Source: Lama glama (taxonomy: Eukaryota). Taken from it: a DNA stretch of 64,000 nucleotides. Within the stretch, counting starts at the first letter, position 1. Each line of letters opens with the position of its first letter. Shown piece after piece: positions 1 through 15,200 of the stretch. The notes beneath the pieces are model-generated. The model did no database searches, was not told the origin of the DNA, and saw nothing but the letters and a program-made list of their open reading frames with translations. Where the stretch lies: the NCBI GenBank assembly GCA_028534125.1, contig CM052817.1, positions 43,278,001-43,342,000 of the forward strand. Reading direction: 5' to 3'. The position numbers and the translations under genes are program-made.

Positions 1-750
1 GGATGAGATAACAGAAAAATATGTTGGTCTCTGCGTCTCGTTCCTGGCGCCGAGCTCTTAGAACTCTTACGATTTCCTAAGTGATAAGAGCACTGGGAGC
101 ATCTTTGATTTTAATATTTGACCTTTGCTAATGAGGTAACTCTATGTGGCTCCTGGATGAGGGCTGGCCCTCGGTAAGATCAAGCCATGATTAGATGCTT
201 GGAATTTTCAGCCCTGCCCCCTATTTTCTTGAGAAGGGAGAAGGGCTGAAAATGGAGTTAATGGTTGACCAAGCCGACGTGATGAAGCCTCTAAAAAAGC
301 CCAATACTATAGGGTTTGGGGAGCTTCTGCGTTGGTGAACACATGAGCTATGGGGAGTGGTGCACCTGGATGGGACGTGGACGCTCCGTGCCTCTTGCCA
401 CACACCTTGGTCTACACATCTCTTCCATCTAGAGGTTCATCTGTATCCTTCACTATATCCTTTTATAATAAACTGGCAAACCTAAGTAAATGTTTCCCTG
501 AATTCTGTGACCACTCTAACAAATTAATCAAACCCAAGGTGGAGGTCGATGGCCTCTCTAATCTACAGCTAGTCAGTCAGAAGCGCAGATGACAACCTGA
601 ATGTGATTGGCTTCTGGACGGGGGGCAGGTAGCCTTGCAGGACTGAGCCCTTCACCTGTGGGTTAGTTATCTGCTATCTCCAGGCAGATAGTGTCAGAAC
701 TGAGTTGTTATAGGATGTCCAGCTGGGGTCAGATCATCGTTTGGTGTGGA
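1..750 (+). mobile_element. MER21-like LTR, truncated by window start
   Basis: Resembles the recalled MER21 consensus and the similar copies at ~21.4 kb and ~39.7 kb (tttcctaagtgataagag..., gtgtcagaactgagttg). Confidence 0.65.
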
Positions 751-1239
751 ACCCACTCCCCACCTCAGCCCCTGCCCAACAGTGATAACTGGTGATCAGA
801 GCCCATTAAAGACAACAACCCAAGTTCTTCCTAGTTTGGTGTTTTGTCTGTTACATCCTGCCCCTTACTGACTGGAGATGAAGGCTACTTCTACTGCCAT
901 AGTGGGGCACCGTCACTCCAAAGCAGTACAAGGGGTAAAACTGTGATAAATATGATAAAATCATGTTTCCCTACTTCCTTCAGAGCTATTTTGTGGCCTC
1001 CCAGAAATTATATTTATGAATTTGTGACTTACACAATGGCATGACAGGGAGCAGTCAAAATCAATCAAATGCATGTCATGCAATGCTAGAGACAAGTGTC
1101 TTTTATGTGCCAAGCACGTTCTGAACACTAGGGATACAGCAGTGAATGCAGCAGACAAAAATCCCTGCATTCAAATAGCTAAGTTTAAGGGTTGAAAAGA
1201 ATGGTGGCCTTGGAGGGGGGATAAATTCTAAGGCAAAAA

Positions 1240-1455
1240 TGGTGGTTAAGAGCCTGGACACTGGGAGTTAGGCTGTTTGGATGTAAATCTTGGCTCTTCT
1301 AATGGGCAAATTACTTACTTTCTCTAAGCTTCCATTCCTGTATCTGTGAGTTAGTGCCTACATTGGGAAGTGCCTTGAGGATTAATGATTTCGCACACAC
1401 TACACTGTGTAACACAGTGCCCGGTGCATCGTAAGCACCCAGGAAGTCTTAGCCG
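1240..1455 (+). mobile_element. MIR SINE
   Basis: gtggttaagagc...ggcaaattacttactttctctaagcttc...tatctgt core. Confidence 0.6.
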
Positions 1456-2746
1456 TGATGTACTGCTTGGTGGGACACCTATTTACCAAATCACTTAAGC
1501 CAGAATTGTGGGGGCAAACTTGACACCTGACTACCTTGATTATCATGTTCTATCAGTTTTATCCCCTAAATGTTTCTTAAGCCAGAGTGTGTATTTTCTC
1601 CTCTTTTCTCTCTGGCCATCCCTTAGCTAGGCTGACACTTCCAGTATTGATGAAAGAATGAATTTGTCAAGCGGGCTCCCTGCCTTTAGCATTGTTCCCC
1701 CATACATTCCTCCTTGATCAAAAAGTGGACCACATAATCTCCCTGATTGAAACCCTCCTGGGATGCTCCTCCCAGGACTCTCCCTCGGTGGTAAACTCTT
1801 GAGCAGGCTATGTGAGACTGTCGTCATCCAGCCCTGCCTGCCACCGCTCCCCTCCTCTTGCACACTAAGCCTCCACCATGTGTGTCTCTCCCTAAACAGA
1901 TTACAAGCTCTTTGGCCAAAGGAAAGGGTCTTAGTTCCTAGCATCTCCGACACTTAGCACAGGGCGTGGCACATGGTAGGTCTGCAGAAGGGTTGCAGTG
2001 CTGTCCTGATCATGTTAATGTTTGGTAACAATAAATGATAACACGATACTTGAACACTTGCCATGTCCAGGCACCATCTTACTTAATCTTTAAAAACCCT
2101 ATGGGAAAGTTAAGTGCTGTAATTTTCATCCTTTTACAGATGAGAAAACTTGGGTTTAACAGGGTTTTGTAGCTGCCAGCACCACAGACTGGTAAGTGGC
2201 AGGGCAGGGCGACGAAGCCCGGTAGGTGGATTCTAAACCCCTTATGCACTTTGGGAATTTCACAACAAGACACAGCTTCTGCATCTTTCTGAAAGGTCTC
2301 AGAGGTGCTCACCAGTGGAATCCACTGATTAAAAGCTCTGGACTCGCACATCACTGTTTCTGTTTCTCACACGTCTATCATTTTTCTATTGTAGTTCAGA
2401 ATAACTCCAACTAGAATTTTCTACCCTATTTCTTTTTTGTCTAGATATTTCATATTAGGTCCCTTTCAAAGATAACATGGCAGACTTTTTTTTGAAATAT
2501 GCAGTTTTGCAAACTTTTTTAGAGGAAAAGGATACCTTGGAAACTTGACTGTTAACACCCCTTCTGGGGAAGCAGTATTTGGCACAGAACAACCACAATT
2601 CACGCTTGCCGCCCAGACAGGCAGTAGCAGGTGTATTAATTGTTCAGCAGATGTCTTCTGAGGGCTGAAATAACTTATCATGGGTTGCCACTCCTCTAGT
2701 TTAGTCGAACTAGAAAGGGGAGGCCAGGATTACACACATCTTCATT

Positions 2747-2752
2747 TTTATT
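2747..2752 (-). terminator. Candidate ANXA3 polyadenylation signal AATAAA (variant TATAAA also at 2812-2817)
   Basis: tttatt on the + strand ~475 nt past the stop codon, at the end of an AT-rich 3' UTR. Confidence 0.55.
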
Positions 2753-3226
2753 CGTTTTTTAAGGATGAATGTGATTAATAAGATAATAGATAAACTGAAG
2801 CAGCAACAGCTTTTATAACAAAAACATGTTTTAAAATACTATTAGTCGTTGGTGGCAGGTACCAAACAATGCTGGTATATGCTAAAAACAGACAGATTAC
2901 CTTTGACAAAGACACAACTTGTATTACATGGTTCTGCATTTAATATTTTAGAACAGTGCAAAGATTCTCACTTTCAAAGCAGAAATATAATTTGGATAGG
3001 ATTAACAAATCCTCAATACTATTTAAAGATTTCATTTAGAAACTGTTACACCATGATGAGATTCCACAATAATCACTTTTTGTTGCTGTTATTATGGAAT
3101 AATGAAATTTTCTATTAGGAAAACAGGTTGCTGTTGACACCTGCTTGTCAACTCTGCGAGACAGGCGTAAGCAGAGTGGCAGGAAAAGCCCGTCGTGGAA
3201 GCAGCCTTCAGAGAAGATGTTCTGAC

Positions 3227-3286
3227 TCAGTCTTCTCCTCCACAGAGCTTTAAGAGAGTGTTTCCGTAGTATCCAGAGGTATCGGA
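3227..3286 (-). CDS. ANXA3: ANXA3 exon 13 coding part (60 nt incl. TGA)
   Basis: [19 protein letters not shown]; acceptor ...ctgttccttgcag. Confidence 0.96.
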   Translation of the reverse strand, partial: SDTSGYYGNTLLKLCGGED

Positions 3287-6200
3287 CTGCAAGGAACAGA
3301 ATCGATGGAAAGAAGAACAGACACGGCGTAAACAATGAGGGGACCACGAATGAATCAGATCCCACAGAATCAGGGGATTCACTGGCGTGTGAAACTCATG
3401 ACCTGTACCAGTTAGTGAAATGCATCTATAATTCCATCATCCATTCATACCTGAGTGTTATCATGTTCCAGCCTAGCATCTTCTTTACAATATATAATAT
3501 TTAAATTCTTCCTGATATATTGCAATTAAATTTCAATTCGGATCTAAAAAAAATGAGTGCATCAACTACATAATATTACATAATCTTAATTTTCTAACAA
3601 AACTTAAAAAAATTATAGTATTTAAAAAAATTATATAGGTATTTATCAAACCTTTGCTTTTCTAAGGGTTAACTACTTAATCCTTATAGTAACTCTACGT
3701 GAAGTAGGTAGCATACATATCTCCACTTATCAAAGTAAAATTAGGAAAACAGAGGTTAGAAAATTTGCCCCAAATTATATAGAGAGTAAGTGCAGAGGCA
3801 GGATGTGAACGCAGTTAACCTAGCCCCTTAACACCATACGGCACTTTCTGACTTAAGAAAGTGAAATGAACTACATCCCGAAGAGTATGTCTCCCCGTCC
3901 CTCTCCCTAGGCTAGCCAAAAAAAAAAAAAAAAAAAAAAAATCTTGGGTCAGAAAAATACCTTGTGGGACTGAGGGTGAGAGTGCAAGACGCCATGCTTG
4001 TTATGCAAAAGAGGTAAAACTTTTGCATGACCTCAGAGGTAAAACTTGGCTTTTAACCCAGATTGCCTAAAACCCTCACATTATTCTCATTTGATTCCAG
4101 GCAACTCAAACAGTGAGCACATCTCATCACAAATTTCACACTACGGTAGTGTAGAGGAAATGAGGGGGAAGAGGTTGAGCAATATGTTCATAGTGAGCCA
4201 CAACAGGCATTCGTATGCATTCTTCAGTTTTATGTACATTTTAGTTCTTCCCTATTGGTTTTCCTAACTCTTGCTTTGCCGTGTGTGATAATCTCTTGAA
4301 CTGTTGATGAGTCAACAATGTTCTAGCTTTGTATTAAAACACCTCCCTGTGGCCATCTCTGATCAAAGCTGTAAACAATTATTAGGGGGTCTATCAGTTG
4401 GGAAAATAGACCCAAATAGCTTGTCACAGAACTAAGTGTAAAATTCTGTTCCACTGTAGACAATAAACAAACATTCATCCTCTTTTCCGACTTTTATACC
4501 CTTATGCCTTCTCGTAAAATAGCTCTTCTATTTATAAGGCATTTTGGAAACTTCGTTATCACAGAAAGTTAATGTATTTTCAAAACCTTTGAACATAATT
4601 TATACCTTCCTAATTAGGCCATATTAATTGTTAAGAAACGAACGAAATGTTTCTGCTGCCTGTTTCTAGTAGCAGTCCCTGTGGTTCTCCTCACTTTGAT
4701 CCCATCTTAATCTGTCCTGCCACTTATTTCTTTGCAGTTTTTTTAAGTTTTTCCTATTTCCATTCTGACCACAGCAAATATGCTCTAGCCTCTCATTTCT
4801 TGTCACTAGTTCCTTTGACTCTAGATTCATCCATGTTTATTCTCCAAGGTGTTAAGTCTTACGGTTTGGGAAATCAGATCTAATGACCACCATGTCCAAC
4901 AGGCAAGTAGCCCTTACTTTTCCTGTAAGTGGTCTTGCCTTTTCCTCTTTCCTCTCTGCCATCTTCACTTTCATCTTTGCAGGCTCATCCCCTGTGGTCC
5001 AGCCATTCACTGCTAGTAATGATTAAATCTCAGTTCCAAGTTTTCTTCTCTTTCCAATCTATATTGAGATTCAAGACCCACTTCCCTAAGAAATGATCCC
5101 GATCTAATCCCAAATGTCCTTGACTCTCAATTCCTATATTACTGTCCTCTGTATACCCTACAGTCTAGTATTTAATTATATGTTGTTTCACATTATTATC
5201 TTCTAATTGTTTTATTTATGCCCACCTCAAGTCTTCATATAGTTATGAATTAATTAAGGGTAGCTACTATATTTTCCTTTAAGGATCCTAGAATTATGCT
5301 ATTATTAAACAGGTACTTAATTTATTGATCAGGGAAATCTACCAAAAACTGTAATTGCATCCAATTTTTATTAATAAGTTATTATTAAGTAATAGAAGAT
5401 GTACATTTGCTTTTCACCCACTTTCTTCCTCTCCCTCTCTCTTCTAATTATCCAAGAAAGATGTTAATGAGCAGAGAAATGTCTAAACTATAGACGGAAT
5501 GGAGAGGAAGGCAGAAACAAAGGCTGGGACGATATACAAAATGGAACTCTAGCTCCTGAGTTGCAGAAATTCAACCATCGAAAAGATCCTATTCATCAGT
5601 ACTGAAAATGTAATGAGATTACTTAATAATGTATGTTAGATGACAGAAATGAAGAACCCTTAGATAATTTTAAATTACACACTGAACTCTTCATCAATGG
5701 ATTTTTCCTTTCTATCAAGATACGCATAGCTTAAATGTTTCCTAATACAATAAGCCTCAATTACCCAGACCCTCAGGGGAGGGAGAGCTACTGGTTAATT
5801 TAATTTTCTGGTTTGCTGAGGGTGAACCGAAGGCCCTCTTCGTATTTCAACTTTGTTACTGGCAATCCTTATAAAATGTATCAGTCTACTTTTCTGCCTT
5901 AGTAAGTACAATATGGTTAACGTTATTGTATCTTCCTCTGTTGACTGAAACTACTGTAATGTGTCAGGATCGATTCAAATTGCATTGAATGGGAGCAGGT
6001 TGATGAAATCTGTGCTAAGACCCAGGCACAGCCTGAGAGCTGCCCTTTTCTATTTCAACTTGGGCATGCATCTTTTTCTGTAAAGGTTTAGGGCAAAAAA
6101 ACAAAAGCTCTGGTTAAAAACAAAAAGAGATTTTGGTGAAGAATCTAGTTGACTAACTGAGGCACAATGGAACTTGACTGGCAATCTTTACCAAAATTAC

Positions 6201-9200
6201 AAATGTATTTATATCTGTCTCAGCAATCTCACCTGTGCATGATTATTTATCCCTCAGATACACTGGTGCCTTGTGAAATTCTGTATGCCTATTGCAGCAC
6301 TGTGTATAACGGCAAGAAACTCTAAACATCTGTTGACATGGTGCGTACAAATATACAAGTAATGGGAAGATACACAGCTATTAAAAAGAATGAGAAAGCT
6401 TTCTATGCACTGAAATGAAAAGAACTTCAAAGTGCAGAACCATGCTATCTTTTCAGTAAAACAACGAGGAAATTTAAAATATATCTTTCTTTTTTTTCTA
6501 TTCTCATTAAAAAAAATGAAATAAATTAAAATACTGCAATATAAAAATAGGTAAGCAACGTGCATATGCAATTTACAAAAGAATTATTAGTGGCCACTAA
6601 AACTAAAAAAAAAAAAAATGCTGAGTCTCTTTTCTGTGCCTGGGATTTTAGAGCTGAAAAATAATGCCTTTAAGGGACATTTTGTTATTACTATTTTAAA
6701 CTCAGAAAACACTTTTACACACTGTCAGGGAGAGAGAGTCTAAGTCATGTATCTTCATGTTTGAAGGATTATAAGGAAAAGAGGATGGGTAGCGAGAGGC
6801 ACAGTATGTTTCGCTATTTTTAAGAAGAAACTTACTTTAATTGCTGAATACAGGGAATAGCCATAATGCTTCTTAAACTCTGCTCGAATGTCCAAAAGGT
6901 CAATTTCTGATCTGGAAACCATGATGCGGTTCAGAGTAAACTCATCAGTCCCAGCACCCTGTTAAGAAATGCAGGTGTGCACGATATAATCTCATTGTGC
7001 ACAGAACAGCAGACAGAGCTATATTTACAGGAAATAGATAGTGGTGCACATAATATCCAGCCACAGTGATTCACTCATGTATTGTCAAACCTCATCATTC
7101 ATTTATTCACGAAATATTTACTGAGCACTTACTCTGTGCCATCCATTGCCAAATGCTGAAAGCAGAGATGAGAAAACCCTGCTAAGCTTTCAGTTCTGTA
7201 AAACATCCAGGCAAGAAAATCGGCCATCACAATAAAATCTGACTTGTGGGTGGTACTGGGTACTATGGGACAATATGCTAGGGAGGCCTGAAACAGATCA
7301 AGGATCGGCAAAGGGCTGTTCGAGAGAATGGTATTTGAACTGGGGCCTAAACAATCAGTCAGGGGAAGAAGGAATGGAGCTCAGACAGAGAGGGAAAAAA
7401 AAATGTTCCAATGCAGGAAACAGCACATGTGATGGTGTAGGACAAGGAAGAAAAAAAAAGGCCAAGTTCAAGGATACAGAAAGAATGAGGAGGAACAGCA
7501 AGAAATGTGTCTGGAAAGACCAGACCTTGTAAACCATGGAAGGGAATTCCAACTTTATCCCGAGTGTGAAGAACTATTGCGATCTGCTAAACAGGTGAGT
7601 GTTGAGATCAGGTCAGAGTTGTGGTTTCAGAGGATTCCTTTGACAGCAGCAGTATGAAGAATGGACTGCAGAGCAGAAGTGGGATAAAGGTAACAGAACA
7701 AGAAGCTTTGGGACCCACCCAGAGCTGGTTGCTTAACAAAAAAAAAAAAAAGGAGAGAGAGAGGGAGAGAGAGATGATGATGATGATGATGGCCTGCCCT
7801 AGAATAATGGCAGGAGGGATGGAGAAAATGGATAGATTTAAGAGATGCTTATAAAGGCAGATTGACAAAACATAATGATGTGTCATTTTAGGAGAATGAA
7901 GGAGAGAGAGAAGCGTAAACCTTCTAGCTGAGCAGTTAGGTGGATGTTGCGCTATTCATTCATTCAACAAACACTTACTGAGCACCTACTGTATGCCAGG
8001 CATTGGACCATCTGTGTAGTGAACAACACGGACGGTATCTCTGTTCTCGTGGAGGTTATGTTCTAATAGTCGGAGATGGACAGTAAAAACAATGAACAAG
8101 TTGTCTGAGTAAGTGGTCACAGAACGGTGGGACGGAGTGTGAGTGAAAGGAAGCCAGGGGACCTGTGCAGACAGGGAAGACCTCCCTCCAGAGGTGACAT
8201 CTGAGCTGAGACCGCAGAGGTGAGGAGGTAGCCCTAGGTAGACCTGGAGGACGCACATTCCAGGCAGAGAGGACAGCAAATGCAAAGCCCCTTGGTGTGG
8301 GAAGAGCCTTGACACGGTCAGGGATCAGGAAGAAGGTGGATATGGCCTCGTGGGGAATGGCACAACCTCGCAAGCTGGGCAGGGCTAGCTCCCGCCGGGG
8401 CTGTCCAGGGGCATGACTGAGTGTGGGACCGGGAGCAGAACTGGGCTGGGGGGTAAGGTGAGGAGAGTGGTGTGTTCACTTTGGACAAGGCTTTGAAGTG
8501 CACGTGGACTTCCACAGGAAACATTCAAGAAGAAACTAAAGTAAGCATGTTCTACGTGCCAGGCCCAGGAGGGAGATACAAAAGAGCAAGAAAAACGCTC
8601 ACACACTCACGGAGCTCACCAACTAGCGGCAGCAATGGATGAGGTAACACAGGGTTTCTATACCACGGGAGGCTGCTGACTCAGCTTGGTTTATTTTAAG
8701 TAAGGCAGTTTGAGAGGCTGCTGGAGACCTAATGGGTCAAGTTTGAGGTCTGTCATCCTAGAACAGATTTACTGCCTACACTTAATGTGAAGTGAGGGGA
8801 ATAATGCAGTCCACTCCTCACTGCACCAACCTTGATAATGACCAGGGTACTCATTATCAACATATGAGACAAAGCAGTAGACACCCCAGCTACAAAAGAG
8901 AATGCATCAAAGTGGCAAAGAAATATGAAAGCCCATCCATTTGAAGCAATATTTTTACATTCTCCTTCAGGGAAGCTAGGAATATATACAACATTTCCAG
9001 ACCAACCTTCAAAGCCTGATGAAGTCTTACAGCTAAAAAGGCGGGCATGTTCCTTGCACAATGAACTGTTATTAAAAAAAAAAAACACAATGTTTAATAG
9101 AAATTGAGTTAATCTATAATAATACATTTTTTAAAAAGATTTTTTTTGGGTAACCATACCACTCTCCTCCTCACCGTTACTGGCTTTTCTTTAGAATGAA

Positions 9201-12200
9201 AGAATGAATGGATGCTTAACCTGAATTTCAAAGCCTTATAATGTCATATTTGTATGGAACTTTAGCACAGTAATTATCCTTAGCCACGGGGAAAATAAAA
9301 TTACCTGCCAAAGAAACTCCCACAGCGGCTGACTCATTTCCAGATCGCAGACACACCAACACCTACGCTCACGTTGATAACCCCCTCGGGTGTACCACTG
9401 CTGGGTTCCTAACATCTTTGGCTACTGATGAATAGCTTGGGTGGAAAGACTGCAGGGATGTTGCTCTAAATAACTCATTAGGTAAGCAGGGCCACTCCAG
9501 TTCAATTTAAAACCAATTTTTCCAGTGGAAAGATTTGCTCTTAAATGACTGGATTAGAATGTATAGGCTGATTAGAGTAATTACATTAGAACCAGTGCCT
9601 GTAATCTGAATTCAGTCATCAAAAAAAAAAAAAAAAAACAACCTACCATCTTTCAATTCTTTATTTTGAAATAACAAGTAAAACAAAAGTAAAATAAGAA
9701 AAAGATAACTGGCAAAAACATGAGCAAATTAATTATCCTTTAAATAAAGTGAAAATAGGCAGGGATGGAGAAGTCTGTAAGGCATAAACCTATTTATTGA
9801 AGCACAATTACTCTGATACTCTTACATCTGATCTGCAGGTGGGAATCTGATCAAAACTGAATGAATTTTATAACGAATTTTGGAGATCAGAACAAGAATA
9901 GCAGCTTTCTCATAATGCCTTACAGACTCTTATGGAAAGCTTTTTAAAAGGCCTTCCCTTTGTGTAAGTCACAGAAGGAGAAATGTACTGGAAACTCAGA
10001 CATGGAATCTGGGACAAACATGAAAACAGTGACGCATTTGAAGCTGTGTGAGAAGAAACCAATGATTTGAATTGGTGCTACCTATTTTTTTGCAAACTTA
10101 TATTCAGCAAGCCTTAATCACTGGGAAGTTTTTATGCCCGCTTTATCCTATGAAGCTTTTCAAATTCATCACCCTCCCCTCAAACTAAATGTAGGGCATC
10201 CTTCCCTTTCATAACCTTTGCCTTGTCCTCTGCTTTATGTTCTGAGCCACCAGATTTGTTCCTCATGTTTGTAACTTTGGGGAGGCGGTGGTATACGCAG
10301 TGGTCAGGAACCTTGCTTTAGGACCCAACGCCAGCAGGGAAACTCAGGGAAATCCCTGAGCCTCAGGAGGCCTTGAAGTTCATTATGATGACCAAGGTTC
10401 ACACCTGCCCTTCTCACTTTCTATGTTGTCTTGACCAAACTTGAGTCAGGCCTCTTGCTCCACAACAGGCCCCTGAACTCCAGCCTGGCCCTCAGCCTGA
10501 GCAAGAACTAAAATGCAGAACACGCTCCCTTCCCCACTTGTCCCGAGAATCAGTAGACACAGTGAGACACACTTCCTGTCAACTCCCAACAGTTATGCCC
10601 CCGCTCCCCCAACTTCCCCTTAAATGTTTCTGCAAAGGTCCATTTACCCTCTTCCCTTTTCTGTTTGATTTTCAGACTCCTGCACATTTCCGAGATGGAA
10701 GTGTTTTCCCTACTACAATAGTCTTTTTGAATAAAGCCTCTCCTAATCTGTGTCCAGATTTGACAACCAGCAATCTTTCTACCATGCACGTCTAAGCTGA
10801 TACAGCTCAGGTGGTTTTTCACATCAAAAACCAAGTGTTGACATACTGTGTTAGAACCCTTGTGCATGAAATAGCCAGGATGGGCAGAAACATCAACACA
10901 GAAAGTAAACTGGTGGTTGCCGGGGGCTGGGGGTGGGGAGGAGTGGGGAGTGGCTGTTGATGGGCACAGGGTTTCTTTTGGGGCTGATGGAAATATCCTA
11001 AACTTAGACTGTGATGACAGCTGCACAACTCTGTGACTATACTAAAGAGCACTGAATCACAGTTTAAATGGGTGAATTTTACGGTATATGAGTTTTAACT
11101 CAGTGAAGATTTTTCTAACTGTGACATTCCAATGGTAGACTGAAATAGAAAATGAAAGTGTGACATATCTTGAACTTTAAATTAGTTGAATTATAAGGTC
11201 CTTCTTTTACTTGATAAATAACATACATTAAAGCTCAAATTGAGTGCATAGTTCAATGTCTATTTCCAAGAAGGCTTCGTAGCTCAATGAGTAAGAATTT
11301 GTAAATCCCAATAAAGTTTTTCAAATTTGACAGCAAGCAAAAGGATGTAAAGATTAAAATATGAAATGGAAAAAAATTAACTGGCTAAATCATTGCCACT
11401 GGAACATTCTCAGAACCAATTATGGAGACTGATCTTTGATTCATTTTTTTTAATTGAAAAAGCAGCTTTTTTTCTTTCTTGGCCTATCTTTAGCAATTCA
11501 ATCAGAGTCAACAGTATTTTTTTTTCCTAGCAGCATTTGGATCGAGCCCTATTCTTGGCACTGAAAAGAGGATGAGACAGTAAATGAAATAACATATGTG
11601 AAAGAAGCCCTGAGAATGGGGCCTGGACCTCAGTGAGCGCTTGCTCTCTGGTATGTTTTCTGTAATTTCATATACTTCATGCAGGTTTCAGGTGATGCTT
11701 ACACTGCAGTACATCAGAGAGGCTGGTTAACATCACGCACCGTGGAGCCCAAATGCCTAGGTGAGACCCCCAGCTCTACCACACTTTCCCTGGGTAACCT
11801 GGGGAAGGTACCTAACCTTTCTGTGCCTCTGCTTTGCCATGAGGGATGATTACGGTCCCTAATCCACGGGGTTGTTATGAGGCTTAAATGAACTGATGTT
11901 TGTAAAGAGGTTAGCACAATGCTAAGTGCATAATACGAGCCCGACGAATGTTTATTTGAAAATACAGTTTGAGGGACCTGAGTGGGGAGCTCACCCTCCA
12001 GAGGTGGTAATTAACACCTGAAAGATGAATCAGAGGCTCTCTGCAGGGGGTTACCCTTCAACATCACCTGTCTTTATTTCACCAGAGAAACTATTAATCA
12101 GCACAATGGAGGTTATTTAATGATTTTTCATTGGTGAAATGACTAGATGTGTGGAGGACAGGTGTACTCCAACCCCGGCATTAACAGAGAAGCAGCCTGC

Positions 12201-15200
12201 CACAAACACAACAGCCACCCCAGATTGGAGTGGTTTAGGATTCTGAACAGTCCTGTGTGTGCAGGAGCACTTAAATCTTGCTGCCTGACTCTGACTAGTG
12301 TGGCCACTGAATCCTGCCTTTGAGGCGTGTCTCATTCCTCTGAATGCATCTTTCCTGCAAGGTGTTCTTCGGGCGTCTAAAAGGACAATGCGGAGACCTG
12401 ACTGAGATCGATCAGCTTGTGTACCGGCGTTTCTGTTGGCTTGTCAGTCCACATGCCACTCGAGGAATGGCTTCAGTCTCTTTCTTTTTGATACTCCTGT
12501 TAGCATGGCCAAGAAGGAGGAGACCTGTGGTTCCGACCTGAGCCAACTCTGGGAGGCCACTGACGTCTTCCAAAAATAATGAAATATGGTGAATTCCCAA
12601 ATTGGCCTGGGTCTCCGTTTCCAACAGACCCCATAAAAATGCCCCTAGAAATGAAACACTTTTTCTCTCTCAGGCAGTTTGTAATCCAAACGTGGTGACA
12701 AGCCAAACACAAAGGTAAAAGGCAACGGAAGACCTAGGAAGAGAACTTCTTCAAGCACCATTTGACAGTATCTGTTGAGCATATTGTGTGTCCCACGGAC
12801 TGTGCTGGCAGCTGTGGCAGCATCGGGATGGATCAGTCAGGACTCTTACGTGAAAAGGGCTAATCGTGACATCTGGTTTAAAACAAGTGCAAACGAACTC
12901 AGTTTATAAGCACTAGAGGGCTTACCTATGGCCAGCAGTAAGTCTTCAAAATGCCCAGACAGTTCTCCTTTTATGCTGTCCTCAATGTCCTTCTGGCTAA
13001 TATTTCTGTATTCATCAAATGCTGAAAAGCAGCATCACAAAAAATATTTAAAGCATCTCAGTTGACCACACTTCAGTATATTCTAGTTTTTGACTTGACA
13101 TGCAGCAAATCACGTTAAGTGGCAAGCTCAAAAACTCCTTTAAACCATTAAAAACAGAGGTTTTTGGTTTTTCTTGAAAAAATCACCAGTAATAAAACTT
13201 GTACTTCCCAGGCCATTTTCTTCAACGATCAATCTCTTTGTCTCTCTCCCCTCCCCTCCTCTTCCCTCCCCTTAACCAGACTGTTAGCATTTAAAATAGC
13301 CTGAAAGGCTAAATGATAAATAATTTATCTAGTAAGGTGGGCTATTTTTAAATTATAGCAGCACCTGGGAAGCAAAATGTGGCTATTAGTCAAATATGTT
13401 TTAAACCTGCTACTGAAATCTTAATTATGGAGATTTCTTCGTGCTGAGCACACACTCCCTAAGGCAACATGGCCTACCTCTCCCTAGAAGGCATTCCAAG
13501 TTCTTGGCCGGTATTTGCCCCAAAGCAAAACCTGCACCTCCATCCCCGGGCAGGTAGGCATACTTTGTAAGCCAAGTATATTTTTCCAAGTAAATTTCAA
13601 AAAGAGAAAATCTGGAGAGAGATCTAGGCTTGTTCGGTTTTCAGTTTTTCAAGTAAAGCAACTCTAGAATACTATTACCCTTATTTTATAAAAAAGAATA
13701 TCATTCTAATACCAGATTGAGGAAAAGTGATCTCAGAATTAAAAAGGCATGGCAGTCCCTGTGTTTCCTCATTTCCTTTGAACTCAGCACAAGCTTAGAC
13801 ACGCAGTGCGATCTCGTTCTCCAGACCAGCGCCTGGAAGCCACAGTCAGATGCCCGCGTAAGAGGAGCGCTGGGCTTCCTGGTGCTGTTGCCTCCAGCAT
13901 GACTCAGGGAGATGCATGAGTGAGGAAGTGGGTGCTTAGCCATTCAGTGTAATAGTCGGTCTGATAAAAAGAGCCCTCCCTCCCTGCTTCCAATTGATCT
14001 TTGTATCAGAAAAAGCAGAATGTTAATCCACATGGGTGCATTCACAGAGACTCACTCGCAATGGAAAGTGGCTAATGAGGCAAGAGACAGGCTGGAAGCA
14101 ATGCTCCTCTCTGCTCTCACCCTGGAGGGCTGCTCGCTCCTCTCTCCTCCCTGGCCTCCCTCCCCATCTAGTCTATCACCTGTCACTCACTGGTTAATCT
14201 ACTCAGCCTCTAGGGGGACGCAAGGGTCGTGTTCCTCCTGCCCAGAGTAAGGAACACAGCTCCCCCAGGTTGTTTCTTGAAATGTTTACACATAAAAATG
14301 GAAGAGCCTTTGTGATTTTTAACTTCATTTTCCAGAACTTAGTATATTCAACCCTAAAACATATGCACAAACCACACAATTCCCAAAGGATGGCCATTTG
14401 AGTCCATACTCAGTTTCAGTTGAAGAAAGCTCCTTAAACACAGGATCTCGGTGAAGGTATCCTCATCCGTGCCCCATCTCTTCTCACCGGCATTATAGAG
14501 GATCTGTGGGACAAGGGAGAAGACAGAAATGTTACTGCTGACCCAGTTCTTTTTGAGGCGGCGGAATGAGAATCGGGCGAGCTGACTTGACTTCACAGGT
14601 CATTGTGGTCATCTGTCATCCACATCTCTCACTTCTAGCAGAATAGACATCTGACAGCTGGGGTGGCAGGAGCCAGGGGAAGAAGCGCCACCACCGGAGG
14701 TGACAGAAAGTTGGGGCTGGGTGATGCTCAGCTTCAGGCTTCTCCTTCAGACAGGCCAGGGGAGAGGACAGCCCCAGCTGGAGCCACAGAAATGAGAAGG
14801 CAGTCAGGAGGGAGATGATTTCTTTGCTCTGTTACTAACCTGGGCATCCTTTTTGGCCAGCTGCTCATCCACTTTCTGACTCTCTTCTCTTCTGCCCTAA
14901 ACAGGGAAGATAAAAATAAGGGCAACCCTTTTAGAGACAGAAGAGTCCATTGCTTGGTATCCCAACCACTACAGCATCTTAGAGCTGCTTCTCCAAGGGA
15001 GGTGATCAGGCACTTGGGGCATCTTCAGGAAATTAAAATACAAGCCACAGACTGGGAGAAAAATATATGCAAACACATATCTGATATGGGACTGGTATCC
15101 AAAATATATCAAGAACTCTTAAAATTCAACAATAAGGTAACAAGCAACCCAATTAAAAATGGGCAAAATATCTGAACAGACATCAGATACACAGATGGCA

